Source: Microbotryum violaceum (Eukaryota). From it: DNA of 64,000 nucleotides. A program made the position numbers and the translations under genes. The DNA lies in assembly GCA_001244265.2 (NCBI GenBank), contig CDLV01000015.1, forward strand, positions 372,001 to 436,000, in the 5' to 3' direction. Of the stretch, positions 1 through 14,164 are shown piece after piece. Numbering within the stretch: position 1 is the stretch's first letter; each line of letters begins with the position of its first letter. The notes below the pieces were generated by a model. That model did not search any database. It saw nothing but the letters and a program-made list of their open reading frames with translations, and was not told where the DNA came from.

Positions 1-586
1 ACCCAACACGAACACGTTAGCGATCAGTCCACGCAGCGCGTCCGTACCCCATTCGCCTCCCCTCAGCGCTGGCGGAGCGGCCAACCGTTTTGGGAGCAGC
101 TCGCCCCCACGATCAACGTCTAATGTTGGGCTGGGGTTGGGTCTGCCCAAGTCGCCTCGGCTTGGGGTGGGGACAGCTAGATTGGCGTTGAACGATGACG
201 AGATGACGCAGGTGACGAACCCGCAGGAGTTAACGAGCTATGTACGCCATGCGTGGGACTGCTCGTACCTCCATCCTTTCAAATATGGACCAAATCTAAT
301 GCCTTCTTCGTACTCGCAGGTTGATAAGCTGTTGAACGACCTCGAGGCCAGGTTCGACGGGATGAGTGCGGACGTTCTCTCGCGACGTAGGTCGTCCTCA
401 ACCAGTCCACTCGAGCTCTCCTATTTGATACACTTTGTTCTTCCAACAGTAACATCCCTCTCAACACGTGTTGACTCGCTCGAAACCTCCATCTCGGATC
501 TCATGTCCGGCAACGCGAGTGTCGCGTTAGGGCCCGGTACCGAATCAGGCGCCTCGTCACCAACCGCTGAGAAATCAACAACCTAG
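1..586 (+). CDS. HSBP1: Heat shock factor-binding protein 1 family (5' end outside window; 2 introns visible)
   Basis: Spliced reading ...NPQELTSY|VDKLLNDLEARFDGMSADVLSR|LTSLSTRVDSLETSISDLM matches the HSBP1 coiled-coil pattern; GT..AG introns at ~242-319 and ~387-449; frame is open from base 2. Confidence 0.8.
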   Translation, partial: PNTNTLAISPRSASVPHSPPLSAGGAANRFGSSSPPRSTSNVGLGLGLPKSPRLGVGTARLALNDDEMTQVTNPQELTSYVRHAWDCSYLHPFKYGPNLMPSSYSQVDKLLNDLEARFDGMSADVLSRRRSSSTSPLELSYLIHFVLPTVTSLSTRVDSLETSISDLMSGNASVALGPGTESGASSPTAEKSTT

Positions 587-746
587 GTATGATGGAGGGG
601 TCCTATTTCTTCTTTCGAAACCCAGTCTTTGTTTGTACGAGTGTATGTTGTAAACATTTCGTTTGGTCATCTCAAGCTCAAGGAGGGCTGTCTGTGACGA
701 CCTTCAATTCAATTCAAGCCGAGTCAAACTGGCACCACCTCCCGGC

Positions 747-1678
747 CTACCACTTCTTGTACGGCAACCATTTCCCCACGAACGTCAACTTGACCCGATC
801 TGCGCCTTCCTCATTGACCTTCTCGACGTTGGCACGGAAGTCGATCGCGGACATGATGCCGTCGCCGAACTTTTCATGGATGACGGATTTGAGAGGGTAG
901 CCGTAGACGAGGATGACTTGTGGAGAGGGGGAGAGAGAGAGTCAGATCCAAGCGTGTGCTCCATGAGGTTTTTGTAGAATTGTCGTACGTACTCTCGTAG
1001 AGGCGGTACAAAAGCGCATCCGTAGGTGGCGTAACGCCCAGACCTCGCTCGGGGTAAAAGTGCTCTCCCATCGTCGAGACGAGTGACTGCACGGTATCAC
1101 CAACCAATACACAATCAATTCCATTCAGTTTTAGCGGGTCGAAAAAAGAAGAATGAACCTTTGACTTTGTTACACGTACGTTGTGGTCAACTCCCAAACA
1201 TTTCGACAAGCCCTCGAGGTCCTCCTTGGTTGGTTTGGCCTGTTAGTCGAAGAGCATTGAGTCGAGGTGCAGAGAGGAATGGCATGTCAGCTGTACCCGA
1301 GTCGAATTGATTGAGCCAACACTGTTTTCCCTGACCTGACCGTAAAACACTGCGGCTACGTAAACCTCGTTGCGGCCAAGGTCCTTCGCGATTTGATCGA
1401 AGGTGAGCCCTGCTCGAGTTCAAGCGACGTCCACAGCTCAGCACTGAAGCTTTGGCCAAGTCATCAAGACTGCACGACGTCCAGTTCCTCACCTTTAGCA
1501 GCTTTAGCCTCGAACAGAGACTGAGTAGAAAAGCGAAACCACTTGAATCAGCATCATCAGGTTTTTGTGAGCTCGTGTTCGGAGAAAGCGGTCGACCAGA
1601 TCGCGCTCGATCGCCACCACACAAAGTGGGGCTCACCTGGTTCGCGGAAGCGAGTGAGTTGATCACGGAAGCTGACAT
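747..1678 (-). CDS. CYN1: Cyanate hydratase (cyanase), multi-exon
   Basis: Exons encode [36 protein letters not shown] and [24 protein letters not shown]...GKWLPYKKW*, the cyanase signature; ATG at 1678. Confidence 0.93.
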
Positions 1679-2215
1679 GGTGGATGATTCGGAGAGGTAG
1701 AAAGAACTTCTTCGATTGATGCTGTTTTAGGGTCTTAGGTCCTGGAATCGGGTTCTCCGATAGTGCGCGCGACGTGTAGGAGACGGTGAGTGAAGCACAC
1801 GGAGACGGTCGCCGCGATCGCGACGTCACCCTGCTCGGTCTTGCGACGAAAAGACCGAGCAGTGCCCCGCTTCGCCACTTCAGATCGAAGCTTTGGTAGG
1901 TATTGTATTGCCGTCAACCACCTACTCATGAAAGTCCGACGTCACTCGTCCTGGTCTTGTAAATCTTTAGAATAGTTAACCACTTTCGATGATCTTCAGA
2001 ATCAAATTTCTCCGGTCGCTACTTGGTCCCAAGCTGCTGTGCGCCCCCTCACCAAGGCCGATCAGCCTAGTACTCGCGTTCAACACTATGACTCTGTCGA
2101 AACGTCAATCGATCGTTCCTGTTCTATTCCGTATTTCAACAGTCCCCATAACGCTACACAAGAAAGTCGCATATACCCACTTCGCCACCCAGACCCCCAC
2201 TCAAAGCCTCTTCGA

Positions 2216-4780
2216 TCACGATCCCGTCACCCCCTCAGCATCCAGCAACTCCTCCAACGAATCGACCCTCTTGCGCAACCGAACGGTCATGAGCGTCGCC
2301 AATCCAGTCGTGATGAGCCCTACGAGGACCCAAAGGAACGTTTCGGGCATCTTTTCGACGGTGGCGATGAAGACCGTGCCGAACAACAAGGGGCCGAGGA
2401 TCATGCCATTGACGGAGGACAAAACTGACAGCCCAGCGAACAGTCGTCCTGAATCCCTTGGAGATGTGTGGGCGAGTGCAAGGGATTGGACGGCTGCGCT
2501 GGCACCTCCACCAAAGGCGGAAAATCCCGTACCGATCAAGAAACGCACAGGTGAACCTCCGTTGAGAGCCAGCAGCACGTAGCCGACGAGGTCGACGAGC
2601 AGCGATAGTTTGGCGAGGAATAGATCAAAGTGCGAGTCGTGGAGCGTGCGCAACCATGACGCTTCCCGGTCCCAGAGCTTTTGCTCTTTCGTCAATGTCG
2701 TAGGTCCGGCAGTATCGAGCTCGCCTTCCGGTCGCGCGCGCGGCGGTAAAGGCGCTGGTCGACGAACAAAGCGGATGAAGGTGGGCAGGACGATGATGAG
2801 GCCGACAACCCTGCAGACACCTATGAAACTGAGATAGAGACCGTTCTCTTCGGCTCCCCAACCGAATCGATACGAGGTGTACACTGCCCATGTGAATCGA
2901 CAAATAAGCTCCTGTCCTCGGTGCAGATCGTGAGGCAGGGTGCAGGACACAAAACTCACGAAGCTTGACTTGATAGACGGCCATCCCAATGCTGAAGCAC
3001 GACATGGCAATTACAATCTTGAGCATAGAAAAGTCCCATCCGGCTTTGACAGGACCCATCGCATCCAGCATGGGTCGATCCTCATCCTTCTCGTTCGCTT
3101 GTCGCTTCCGAGGTAGGATCAACACGAGCGGCTTGAGGAACTTCCATGGTCGTCGCGCGATCTTTTTGGTTTTGAAAAGCACGACCATCTTCACTCCGTT
3201 GACCTTGGCCTTGCGAGCTTCCTCATCCTCAGCTGCGTAACGGGCGGCACGCTCCGCGGCGTGTCGTTCCCTTGCTGCGTACTGCCTCGTCTTGGTGAGC
3301 GATTCGGGCATGATAAACATCATTACCGAGGTATAGAGGAGATGCATGGTCAAAGCAATGTAGAAAGGCAAGAGGATCGATCCACTCTGTCGAACGAGGA
3401 TCGAACCCAAGGTGGGGCCAATCGCAATGCCCGAAAAGATGACGCCGCCCAACACGGCGAAGATGCGCGCCCGAGATCCGGCGTCAGTGCAATCGGCCAG
3501 GTAGGCGTTCGAAGTCGCCTGCGCAGTCGTGGCTCCACCTAAAAGACCATCGACAATGGGGCCGAGGAAGAGGAATCGGTAGCCGACGATGTGGTGGTAC
3601 TGAACGGTGATGAGCAAGACGGTGTCCATCACGATCGTGCCAAACATGGCGAGCACGAGGATAGGTTTTCGACCTCGTCGGTCCGAGAGCGACCCGTAGT
3701 AGCCCGTTGTCAAAGCCGACAGCACGCCCATAAGAAATGTAAGCGTCGTAGCCTGTGTCATATCAGGTTGTCGAGCGTATCAGCGGCCGGGCGGGAATAA
3801 GCAGCTTCATTCGGAAGAAGTGCTTGACTAACCAGTGAGGTGACGCCTTGCTGAACGGGGACACTGTGGTGACATTGCTTAGACCACGAGTCTCCACTGG
3901 TCGCGCTCGAGCTAAACTCAAAGTGCTGTGGCCCCATTGCCCTCTCAACGAAGCGATGAACAGGGGATTGATTATTATCGAGTTTGGCTGACGATGCCAG
4001 TCCGCTCCGAGCAGTACGCTGCCCGAGCTCGATGAGGGGTGGTGGGAGGGTAACGCCGCTCCTCTTTGGCTCGATATTGCGACACACAAGTTGGTAGTAG
4101 ATCTCGAGTTTGGGCGAAATGGTCATGCCGAGCGATAAAGCCATAATGAGCGTGCCGGGGATGAAGAACCAGGGGCTCGGTCGCTGATACCACCGCAGTC
4201 GACGGGATGTCGAGTTCGATCTCGAAAGGGTCGGTCGTTTGCGCATACAATGATGCGACGAGGGCCCTTCTGCGTCGTCCACATCCTCGTGTTGGACGAA
4301 ATGGTCACCGTCTCCGAGGTCGCCATCGCCGAGCAAGTGCTCCCTCTCCGAGTCGAGCTTGGTGGTGGTGCTGGTCCTCGGATCGTCATCGTCGTCGTCG
4401 GCGTCTCCGCGATTGCTGGACAGGGATCGGGTAAGACGATTGAACCAATGATCGCCAGGGTGAAGTGTCCCATCGTGAGAAGCCAGACCCGGACCCTCGT
4501 GGCCGGGCTCCGAGGTGTTGGGCGTGGGTAGCCTGGCGTGAAGGGCGAGGACCCGATCGGCGAGCACGTTTGGCACCTCGCCTTCGAGCATGTGTTCGTA
4601 CGAGATGTTGAGGTTCGGTGCGAGGTGTATGCCCGACTGAGCTGGCGTGGCTATGGCGGTGGTAGGTGTCGATGATGGTGAAGGGTGTTCGTAGTCTGAA
4701 TCGCTGTGGTCGTCGTTGCCGCGGTGAGCGTGGGCATCGGGCTGAGCGTGGGCGTCGGGCGACCGCATGGTTTTCGGCAT
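2216..4780 (-). CDS. Major facilitator superfamily transporter (SLC46/TetA-like), multi-exon
   Basis: MFS motif A GSLSDRRGRKP, YLADCT, SGRLFAGLSVL and many hydrophobic helices across ORFs 3758-4867, 2625-3761 and 2216-3010. Confidence 0.85.
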
Positions 4781-5447
4781 CGAGGATGACGCGATGACTA
4801 GGCGACCCGTGAGGATAAGCCACCTGCCGACTTGCGCACGGGAGCCGGGGCTGCACGAATCTGTCACCTATCGCGGTCGGGCCGATCCAACGAAAGATTT
4901 TTGTTCCAATGTAGTCAATCTGAAGGAAAGGGATTTGATTGGGTTCCAAGACCCGACAAGCAAGCGAGGGTGCATAAGCTGAAAATAGGCGCCCCGCGGC
5001 AACTTGAACCGCGTGAAACCGCCGAGAGCATCGGCGATCGTGCTCGGAGATAGAAACTGAGCTCGGACCCATGGCTGGCTCAATCATCTCGGCAGCCCAG
5101 GCTGGCGCAGTAGATAGTCTAAGCCACACTGAAGCTGATGCTTACGCGCGCCTACACTAGAATCCTAGTGTATTTTGGACCGGCACATGAGCCAGTGAGC
5201 TCAAATGAGTCGAGCAATGAAATTCGACTCGCTTGGCACCGTTCGGGTGCTCGCTCTCACGCTCTCACCTAGATCGCACACTTTCAGCCAGCGCGCTGCT
5301 TGCCTTCTCTCGACTGTACTTGTTGGCTGTCGTTTGTTCCCAGTGTATTCCCACGTGGGCCATCTTGGAGCAAGCTTGTTGGAGCTCTTCGAGCTTATAC
5401 TACCTAGCTAGCTCTCGTTTCGTCGCTACGCGCTCCCCCGCTTCCGA

Positions 5448-6881
5448 ATGCCCAACTGGCCCGGGATCGCCGCGGCTTTGCAAGCGGTCGTACGACCCTC
5501 GATACTCCAACCTAGACTCAGGGTACCTTCTATCGCTTCGTTAAATTTCCAAGAGTTCAAGAGAAGAGGGGTTGTCGGCGTCGTTGTGGACAAGGATAAT
5601 TGTCTGGTGCGAAATCATTCCCCTCGAAGCTCTCTTGGAGATGCTCCTGGACCCAGGTGAAAGAGCCTCAACTGACTGAAATACTCTTCATGACTTTGAT
5701 AGACGAAGCCTTTGGATGACGAGCTCACACCCTCTCTGCGGCCGGCATGGCAAGCCTTGTTGACGACCTTTGGAACGGCGAACGTGCTCGTCGTCTCCAA
5801 CTCGGCCGGTACACGCAAGGATCCTCTCTTACTCCAGGTCAGTCGGCTTCTTACTTCTTTGGCCCAGCACCAGTATCATGTACTTAGAAGTGCAACTCGT
5901 CTGATATAGGCCGAATCCGTCTCTCGCAACTTGCTCGTACCCGTGCTCGTTCACCCCACGCCTAAACCGGGCAAGAAATGCGCCCACCAAGTCGCCCACT
6001 ATTTTTCCCAATTACAACAGTCACCTTCTTCAAACATGTCCCACACATCACCACCGACAACGACATCCCCCATCATCTGGTCCAGGCAAGGTCGAGTCCT
6101 CGCGGAGGCTTACGCCCAACGACGGCACGTTGACTCCACGCCCGCAGCAGTCGACCCTTCACAAGGCCAAGGGTCCCTCATCCTCGTCATTGGCGATAGG
6201 GTCACGACGGATATGGCCTTGGCACGACGCATCGCCAACGTCAAGATTGCCCAAGGCCGCCGAATAGAGACCATCTCGATCCTCACGACCGAGCTGCATG
6301 AAAGGGAAACACTTGGGACGATGCTGATGCGGACCGCGGAGAACCTTCTCGTGCGGATCGTCGAAGCGAGGCGGAGAAGATCGCAGATCAGAGAGGTGCC
6401 GGATGGTGGGCAGGTAGTGGGCGAGGAAAAGCTTGTTGCGACGTCGACGACTGATCTGATGATGGGTTCGACGAGGGCCGACGAGCGGTGGGAAGAGTGC
6501 ACGATCTTGACCTCCACGGCCAAGCAAGTGCCCATCCAGGAATCCTCAACCGATCCCGAATCTGCGCTACCTTCTCGGACAGGATGGAAGAGGTTCCTAC
6601 CTCGACCCCCACGGAGACTCGTCCGGGCCTTCTCTCTGCGCTCCATCGTCTCGACGCTGTATTTTCAGCTCTCGCGGCTCATCTCGACATGGACACCACC
6701 GCCACCACCGCAGATCAAAGGGGCATACAAGACCCCTTTGAGTGATGAATATCGAAGGGAATTTGCCTCGCCGAATCCGACGGATCAATGGAGGGTCGTA
6801 TCAAACAAAGCGGTCGAGGCAGCGGAGAGGGCGGTCAGAAGGGGGGAAGCCGTCGTCGATGGGCTTAGAACGCGCTTGTAG
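5448..6881 (+). CDS. GEP4: Mitochondrial phosphatidylglycerophosphatase (HAD family)
   Basis: HAD motifs VVVDKDNCL, LVVSNSAGT, KPG and VIGDRVTTD; two short introns. Confidence 0.88.
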
Positions 6882-7435
6882 ATCACTGTATGGATGCCTG
6901 ACATCATTCGTTTGACGTATGTACTTACATATCCAGATGCCGGCTGCACGAACGGACCCAAGTGGCAAGCGAGTTGAGCGATCTGTTTTTGTCACGCTCG
7001 AACTCTCGCGGCAGCTTGGAACCAGTTTTCACGGATCACCGGCAGACATCGGAGCCCAATGCAAGGGACAGCATACAGTATGCGCAGAGCCGTACAATTT
7101 ATCGCATTCAAACTTGGATGTGGATGTGGAGTGATGTAGAGTGAAGAACTCGCGAAGGCCGCGTCGGATTTGTGATGTGATGTCCTTCGCCGTGACTCCT
7201 TTTTGCCGTCGGCTAAACTAGCGCCGGCAATCAGCCCTTGACCCAGTTCGGCTGGCAAGGTTCATGGACGGTGCATTCTTGATCACTGTCATTACACCTC
7301 GAACAGACTTGCAGGGAATAAGTGTTTGACATGCTCGCCACATCACCTGCTGTCCAGCTACCCAAGGTGAGCGACAGGCACGACTACATAACGAGCGGTT
7401 CGAGTTCGGCAGCCGCTGCAGGCCGAGCGGCGACG

Positions 7436-9414
7436 ATGGCGGCGAACGCCGAAGGTTGGGCAACGTTGCCGAACTCGCTCGACGGGATGCACTGGTGGTA
7501 TAATCGTGGTTTGATCCAACTCAACTACTTCGTGAGTCCACACTGTCCATTCTGACCGTCCCTGTACTTCGAGTAGACGGAGTGGAGGCTCGTCTGTGCG
7601 AATACCGATGGTGGTGAAGTACGCAGCCGTTTTTTTCACACCAGGCGCAGCGGCCGGGTTGAAAAGGGGCTGCTCTCCGCACGTCCCGTTCTCATCCTTA
7701 GACTCTCCCGCCGAGGTTCTGGCTCTGGTCATAGGCTTCCACAGACTCAACGACCTGTATTCTGTCCCAGGTCTCGGTCGTCTTTTGTGCCCAATTTCTC
7801 AATGGATTCGACGACAACTTGACAGCTGGCCTACAAGCCCTCCCCTCTTGGCACACCGCGCTCAATCATCCATCACAGAGCGACATCGGTTTGATGAACG
7901 CCGTGTTTTACCTTGGCGGACTCTTATCTGCGCCTATCGCAGCCTACATCGCTGATCGCTTCGGTCGACGATGGTGCGTCCGCTGGGCGAGCTTGATGAT
8001 GCTCGCAGGGACTGTGATCGCCGTGACCGCGGGAATCGAACCTTCGTCTGGGTACACCTTGTTCGTCGTTTCGCGGGCCGTTTGTGGGAGTGGTTTGGCG
8101 TTCAGTCTTATGGTTGGACCTATTCTGCTTCAAGAGTGGGCACATCCCAAGCAAAGGGCCTTGATTGGATCGATGTACAATTTGAACTATGCTCGTGCGT
8201 GTGCGCAGCGAAGCGTTCTAGCCCCCCGATGGCTCACTTACCGTTTATCTTGTGCAGTCGGCTCGTTCATCGTCGCCTGGATCATATTCGGTACTACCTT
8301 CCTCCCCAACAACTGGGCATGGCGAATCCCAACTCTCCTTCAGATCGTTCCAGCGCTCTACCTCACTATCGTGATCAACTTTGTCCCCGAATCACCGCGA
8401 TGGCTAATGTCCAAAGGGCGCGAGAGGGAAGCAATGTCCTTCCTCGTTGCTTATCATGGGAATGGTGACGCCCATGATGCACTTGTGTTGTTCGAGTTTG
8501 AAGAGATGAAGAAAGCAATTCGAGCCGAGCGCGCAAAAGGTCGAACAGGAAGTTGGCTGCAACTGTTCGCTACGAGACGGAACAGACATCGCACCGCGAT
8601 TGGTAAGCTTGAGGTATGAATCTTGAGTAGAACGAAAGGTGACTCATCGATTTTGCACTTCAAACCACTCAGTGACCCTCATCTGCTCTATGCAAAACCT
8701 GTCCGGCAGCGCCATTGTCGGAGGGTACTACACGCAAATGCTCGACCTCGTCGGCATCACATCCCCCGCAAGTCAAACCGGCATCAACGGGGGTCTAACT
8801 ATCGCCGTCATTTCCGGAGCCCTTCTAGGTTTTTACCTCGTCACTCGGACCCCTCGTCGACGCTTACTCCTCAGCTCTTGGATCGCTCTCATCATCGTCA
8901 ACGTCGCCTTCGTCGTCACGGCCCAGCAATTCGTAACCCGAGCCTCAAAACCCGCCGGGGTAACCCACGTCGTCTTACTTTTCCTCTACCTCTTCATCTT
9001 TTTCATCCCCTGCGGCTCCCTCTTCTTCTCTTACAACGTCGAGGTGATGCCCTATTCCCTCCGCGCTCAATCCCAAGGTCTTTGGGCCGTACAAAACAAG
9101 GCCATCTCCATCTTCAACGGCTACGTCAATGCGATCGCGCTACAACGTATCAGTTGGAGGTATTACCTCGTTTATACGGGGATTATGGTCGTGCAACTCG
9201 TGTTGGTCTACTTGCTTTGCGTCGAGACCAAGGGCTACGTACGTCCTCGTCGATTTGCCCAATTGGATGGCAGTCGAAATCACTGACCTGTGTTTGACTG
9301 CGCGCTCTGAAATAGACCTTGGAGGAGATTGAAGCTCTGTTCGATGGTAAGACCTCAAAGGCTCGAATCGCAGAGACGGAAGTCAACAAGAACGAAAATA
9401 ATCACGACGAGTGA
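7436..9414 (+). CDS. Sugar porter (lactose permease/cellodextrin-transporter-like), multi-exon
   Basis: ADRFGRR, EWAHPKQR, WAWRIP, PESPRWL and VETKG-TLEEIEALFD motifs; N-terminal WWYNRGLIQLNY typical of this subfamily. Confidence 0.88.
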
Positions 9415-9632
9415 TATGAGCGTCGCTCGATCCTATGAAACGCCGCACTGCCGATGCGAGACAGCCCGATGTACAAACGCACTCGGCGAGATAGATCGCT
9501 CAAGAAGCATGTAACGTTGAGACGTAGTACACAACAATTGCGATGCAAATATACAACCGCAAATGCCTGATAGCGATACACAAAAGCGGGATAAAGAGCT
9601 GATACGATCGCCTTGAAACCATGCGATGAGGT

Positions 9633-12600
9633 TCACCTCGCCCTTCGAATCCGTTTTCCGACTTTGCCAAACTCGAACGACTCTTCTTCCGTTAGATCAT
9701 TATCGATTTTGCGCTTCCGAGCGCTCGAACGCGTGCTCGTTCGCGTGTAGGGTTCCTTGTCTTCCGAGCCTTGGTCCACAGGTGCGGGCTCGATCGCCTC
9801 GGTCGTCGTGGTCGGATCCTTTCCCTCGCCTAGAGCGAAGGCCAACGCCGCACGAGCCGCGACTTCAGCAGGGTCATCGTATTCAACGGCATAGGTATCT
9901 TCGCCAGCCTGGGTGAATTGCGAGGGCTCGAACATCGCTTGTCCGGGTACTTTGCGGGGTACTTCGGAACTCTTGGATCCTTCACGACTCATCGAGATGG
10001 AACTTTTTGTCGAGGCGTTCGAGACGTGGCTCTGAAAAAGAAGGCGAGAAAAGACATACAACAATCAGATCAGAAATCTCCACCCCAAGTGAAACCGTTC
10101 CACAACGCACCCTCTTTCGACTCAAAGCCCTCGCAGGATTGGCCAATTCCCCTCCCAGATCGGCAAAGTGCACCAACAGCTCCGATGTCGTCCTCGTGAG
10201 CTCATCAAACTGCTGTGTGCTGCCCGATTTCTTCCGTCCTGTCTCTTGAAAGCTTTCATCCTCTCCTGCGGGGACAGGAGCGGGGTCTGATGAAGATCCT
10301 GATTCGACTCTTGCACCAGCGCCTGCCTCTTCGGCAGCTTGGGATAGGCGAGGCGACGAAGGTTCGTCTGCACGATCCGAATGCACGGGTTGAGCAGCCG
10401 CAAGGGGTCCGAACGAGTCATCCATGTCCACATTGTGACGCTTCGGCGTAGCTGGCTTGCTCGGCGAGCTATTGCTCCGTTCCATCCAAAGGGGCTGCGA
10501 ATTCAGTGGTCGCCCAGCCCGACGTCCTCCCGGCGAAGCAACCAATTGGGCTCTCTCCTGTGATTTCGCCGGCGAGCTGATGGCAACAATTGCGAGTTGC
10601 CCGCCCCTCTTCGGATCAAAAGTGTGAGGGTACTCGTGCTCGTTGACTCGTTCATCCAAGAGTTCGCACTCGACGGCCCACTGAGGATGCACGATACAGG
10701 TCTGCGCCGCTTTTGCTTTCTTGTACTCGCTCGAAGGGTCATTCGATCGGTTACTGGCGTAGACGAGATGCGTCGCCACGAAAGGGTCGAACGAGGTGGC
10801 GACCGTAGCGCCCAGTTTGGTGACGCTGCCGATGACTTTCTTCTTCTCGACGCTAGCCAACTTGTTCGAGACGAAGATGACGCATCCGGACAGGGCGCCA
10901 CTCGTGATGGCTTGGTTCTCGTCCACGACGGTGGTATCCACGTGAGGAGTTGCGCGAGCTCTCGCAAGACGAGGTTGACTTTCGTTCGTAATGTCCCTCG
11001 GGGCCACCGTCGCTTTGCCCTTGCCCTTCTTGTCCCGAGTCATCCTTGATGTCGCCGACTCGGCAGACGAAGCCGAAGGAATAACGCCTCGTTGGGCGGC
11101 CCAACTCCTCAACCAATCCGGTCCCTCGATCGGGATCCCCCATTCCCGCGCTTTGTCGATCTTGAGCCCCCCGGGGCCTCCCACTTCTTTCCCAGCATCG
11201 ACGTGGATCAGGTGCGTACACGATCTATTAAAGACTTTGGATGTGCCCGCTCCGATCTCCTTGAGGAATCTCTTTGTATGGATCTTGCCAATGTCGCTGA
11301 AGCCCGAGAGATGAATTCTGAGCTGGTCCGCGCCTTGAATAGGGATCTCGTACGGCAAGGGGCGTTCGAGCAATCGGTCATCGAACGGCACGAGTCGATC
11401 CTCGTGGATGCAGGATTCGATCCAACACCCTGTGATGACACGAGGATCGGCATCCGGTCCGAGGTACTCGCGAGGTGCACCAAAGAAGTCGACGACGATG
11501 TGGTCGGTCGTGGGCTCGATGCGATCGATCAAAACCTTCCCTCTACGTTCTTCGACGGCTCGCTTGATGATGTCACGGTTCTTGTCTTGCAGGTCCATCA
11601 ATGAGAACGTTAACGCTTCAAAGATGGGCGGGTCCGACGAGTCCTCCCCATGCTCGTTCTCCGCACCCATTTGGGCCTCCTCGTTGCCTTCGAAGAAAGC
11701 TGAGTCGTCCGCGGCTAGTGGGTTCGGAGCATGTCCCTCCATCGAGCGTTTTGAAATGAGCGCCGTGCGAGGTCTGGACGGCTCGACCTCGTCGAAGCGC
11801 CTCGACCTTGTACTCGACAAGGCCTTGATGATCGATCCTCCTCGATCTCGACCGAGTGCGTAAGGATTGTCATCGTTTGTAGCCGACGTGACCTGCTCCG
11901 ATGGCCTCTCGACCGGCCCATCCACCTTTGCTTCAGACCCCCTGCCTCGCAGCGGCTGTGTTGCCATCTCGTGGGGAGCCACAAGTTCACCATCAGCTTC
12001 CTCGTCCCGATACATCGCACCAGACCCGGGCCGAATTGATGAGCCCTGCGTACGAAGCTTGATCGCCATGGGTCCGAGCAACGGGTCATTGTCGATCCTC
12101 GACTTCTTTTTGCGTATGACGACGGTGTTGCCATCCTCGGTTTCCTCCCCAGTCTTCTTGGCCGTGGTCCCGTGGTCAGCTCCACCCGCCATTGAAGAAG
12201 GTCCCCAATGCGATTTCGACGTCTGAAACTGCGAGGTTGGTGGGACGGTGGACACATTCCTCGTCCGACTGTGCGACGTCGAGGTGATGGGGTCGATGTC
12301 ATCGTCGTCGAGCATGATGGGTGCCTCCCCTCCCGGTTCGTACTTCCACTTGATATCCCTAGCCACGGTTCTCCCCCCTCTTCGGATCGCATCTTCGAGC
12401 CACCCTTCCCAAACGATGATCATCTTTGGAAGTTCAGTCCTCCCTCGGTCGCTGATCGCAAACTCGAGCTTGGACGTGTGAGGCAGATGACTCGAGCTGG
12501 TCGAGGAAACGATGAGGTGGGTCGTCCTCCTGGTCAGACGTTTGGTGATTTCGGCGCCAGCTCCTTTCAGGATCGTCATCAATTCGCTTTCGCGAGCGCC

Positions 12601-13431
12601 TATCGACCGATGTAAAAGTTGTGTCAGTGCTTCCAGACTCAGCTCGAGGGTGAGGGTCGAGAGAGGCGCTGCAGGTGACCGACCAGGTGGGAACTGGGTG
12701 AGCGTGACGACCGTACCGGTTAAAGCCGGGAGTCGGTACTTCTTCTCGAGCTATGTGCCAGGGATATCATCATCAGTTTTCTAGACCTGAAAGGTCCGAG
12801 GAGATTGGCCTGGGCATCCGAATTACCCACCTCGGCAAAGTCGACGTTTTCGGCGTCCCTCCACGCGTCTCGGACAGCGAGCAACCACTTCGGATCCATA
12901 ATCTTCATGTTACATTTGAGTGCCATCTGTTCAGAGAAGAAAGTATGTGGGTCAGAGAACAACGCCCTCAAAGGCTTCATCGTCAAGAGGCCTCGCCCGG
13001 TCGAATCGACTGACATCACACTTTGCGCTCCCAAACCCATCAGCGATGAGATGTGTCGTCTGGCTCGTCAACGAGGTGCAATCCTTAGCTCCCAATTCGG
13101 CGGCCACGGTCATCAACATCCTCTTGTCGGCACCACACCCTGACACGGTGACGGTCGCGCCCTCGAGAGGTCGTTTCTCCCCTCTCAGCTGATCCTGATA
13201 TGTAAACTCTTCTTCGTCGCCTTGTTCGTCGCTTTGGTCGTATTGCTGATGGGTCGAGTCGCGTTGGTAGTACGGTGTTCGATTGTCGTCGTCCTCAGCA
13301 GCTGATCGTGAAGAGCTCGCGGTTGGGGCTTTGGCCGGTGGAGGACGTAGCTTGACCGTGTTACGCTTGGCACCATTGTTCTGCCGCATCCCCGTCCTGA
13401 CGCCCTTTTTGGAAGGGAAACCAAACGCCAT
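9633..13431 (-). CDS. Multi-BRCT replication/checkpoint scaffold (TopBP1/Rad4-Cut5/Dpb11-like)
   Basis: Repeated BRCT signatures (LTSQTTHLIAD...PKWL; LTRRTTHLIV...WEGWLED; FNRSCTHLI...GPDWL; ATHLVY...VHPQWAVEC) in spliced ORFs. Confidence 0.8.
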
Positions 13432-13645
13432 CGTGGCTGTGGTCGGCCGGGTGAGCGATACGGGAGACCGGCGAAGATGAGAGACCCAATTGTGTCAGAC
13501 GACTCCCCGCGGCGGCGCGTCAGATTCGACAGGATTCGACGCGACGAGGCGCGCCTGCTCGCGCCTGGGCCGCCTTTTGTCGTTTTATTCGATTTGAACA
13601 CACGCGGTTTGTCTCGAGGGATTGACATCCGCCGCCCACGCCAGA

Positions 13646-14164
13646 ATGCCAGCTGTCGACCCTGAGAGGCTAGAAATACTGCTCCTCTGTATTTCCGAGC
13701 TTTTGCTGCTTCTTCTCGGAACAGGACTCTTGCTCGTGTTTATCTACACAATGTACTATCTACCGTTCAAGAGCAACACCTCGCCGAGTGAGCATCGCGG
13801 ACCAGTAGATGTGGAGGAAGGGGCTCAGCAGCCTACCGACGGCGCTCCTATCAAGGAGACGCCCGACGACAATGTGCAGGCTGTCGACGCGCGTCGGCGC
13901 ATCGACGCCGACCATAACGTCGACGCCAACGAGGTCATCCACGGTGTTAACAACTCCGACGCCGAGGCTGACTCGTCATCGCGGTCATTGACGATGTTCA
14001 CGAATCCTCACGCCGACAACCAAGGTCTCCATGAATTCCTTCGGCCCGTGTACAAGGTCAGACTGCGGCAACGCAAGCGGCCATCGGCCAGCAGGTTGCG
14101 GCGGGCAAGCATGGCTGACAGGCTCGGAGGTGGTGCAAGCTCGTCCCCACGTTTGCGGAGATGA
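13646..14164 (+). CDS. Hypothetical single-pass membrane protein
   Basis: Single-exon ORF with an N-terminal hydrophobic stretch (ILLLCISELLLLLLGTGLLLVFIY); no family recognised. Confidence 0.5.
   Translation: MPAVDPERLEILLLCISELLLLLLGTGLLLVFIYTMYYLPFKSNTSPSEHRGPVDVEEGAQQPTDGAPIKETPDDNVQAVDARRRIDADHNVDANEVIHGVNNSDAEADSSSRSLTMFTNPHADNQGLHEFLRPVYKVRLRQRKRPSASRLRRASMADRLGGGASSSPRLRR

Noticed and set aside
7532-7770. Intronic TPP riboswitch
   Set aside because: Lacks the CTGAGA and GAACCTGAT core motifs, and the gene is not thiamine-related
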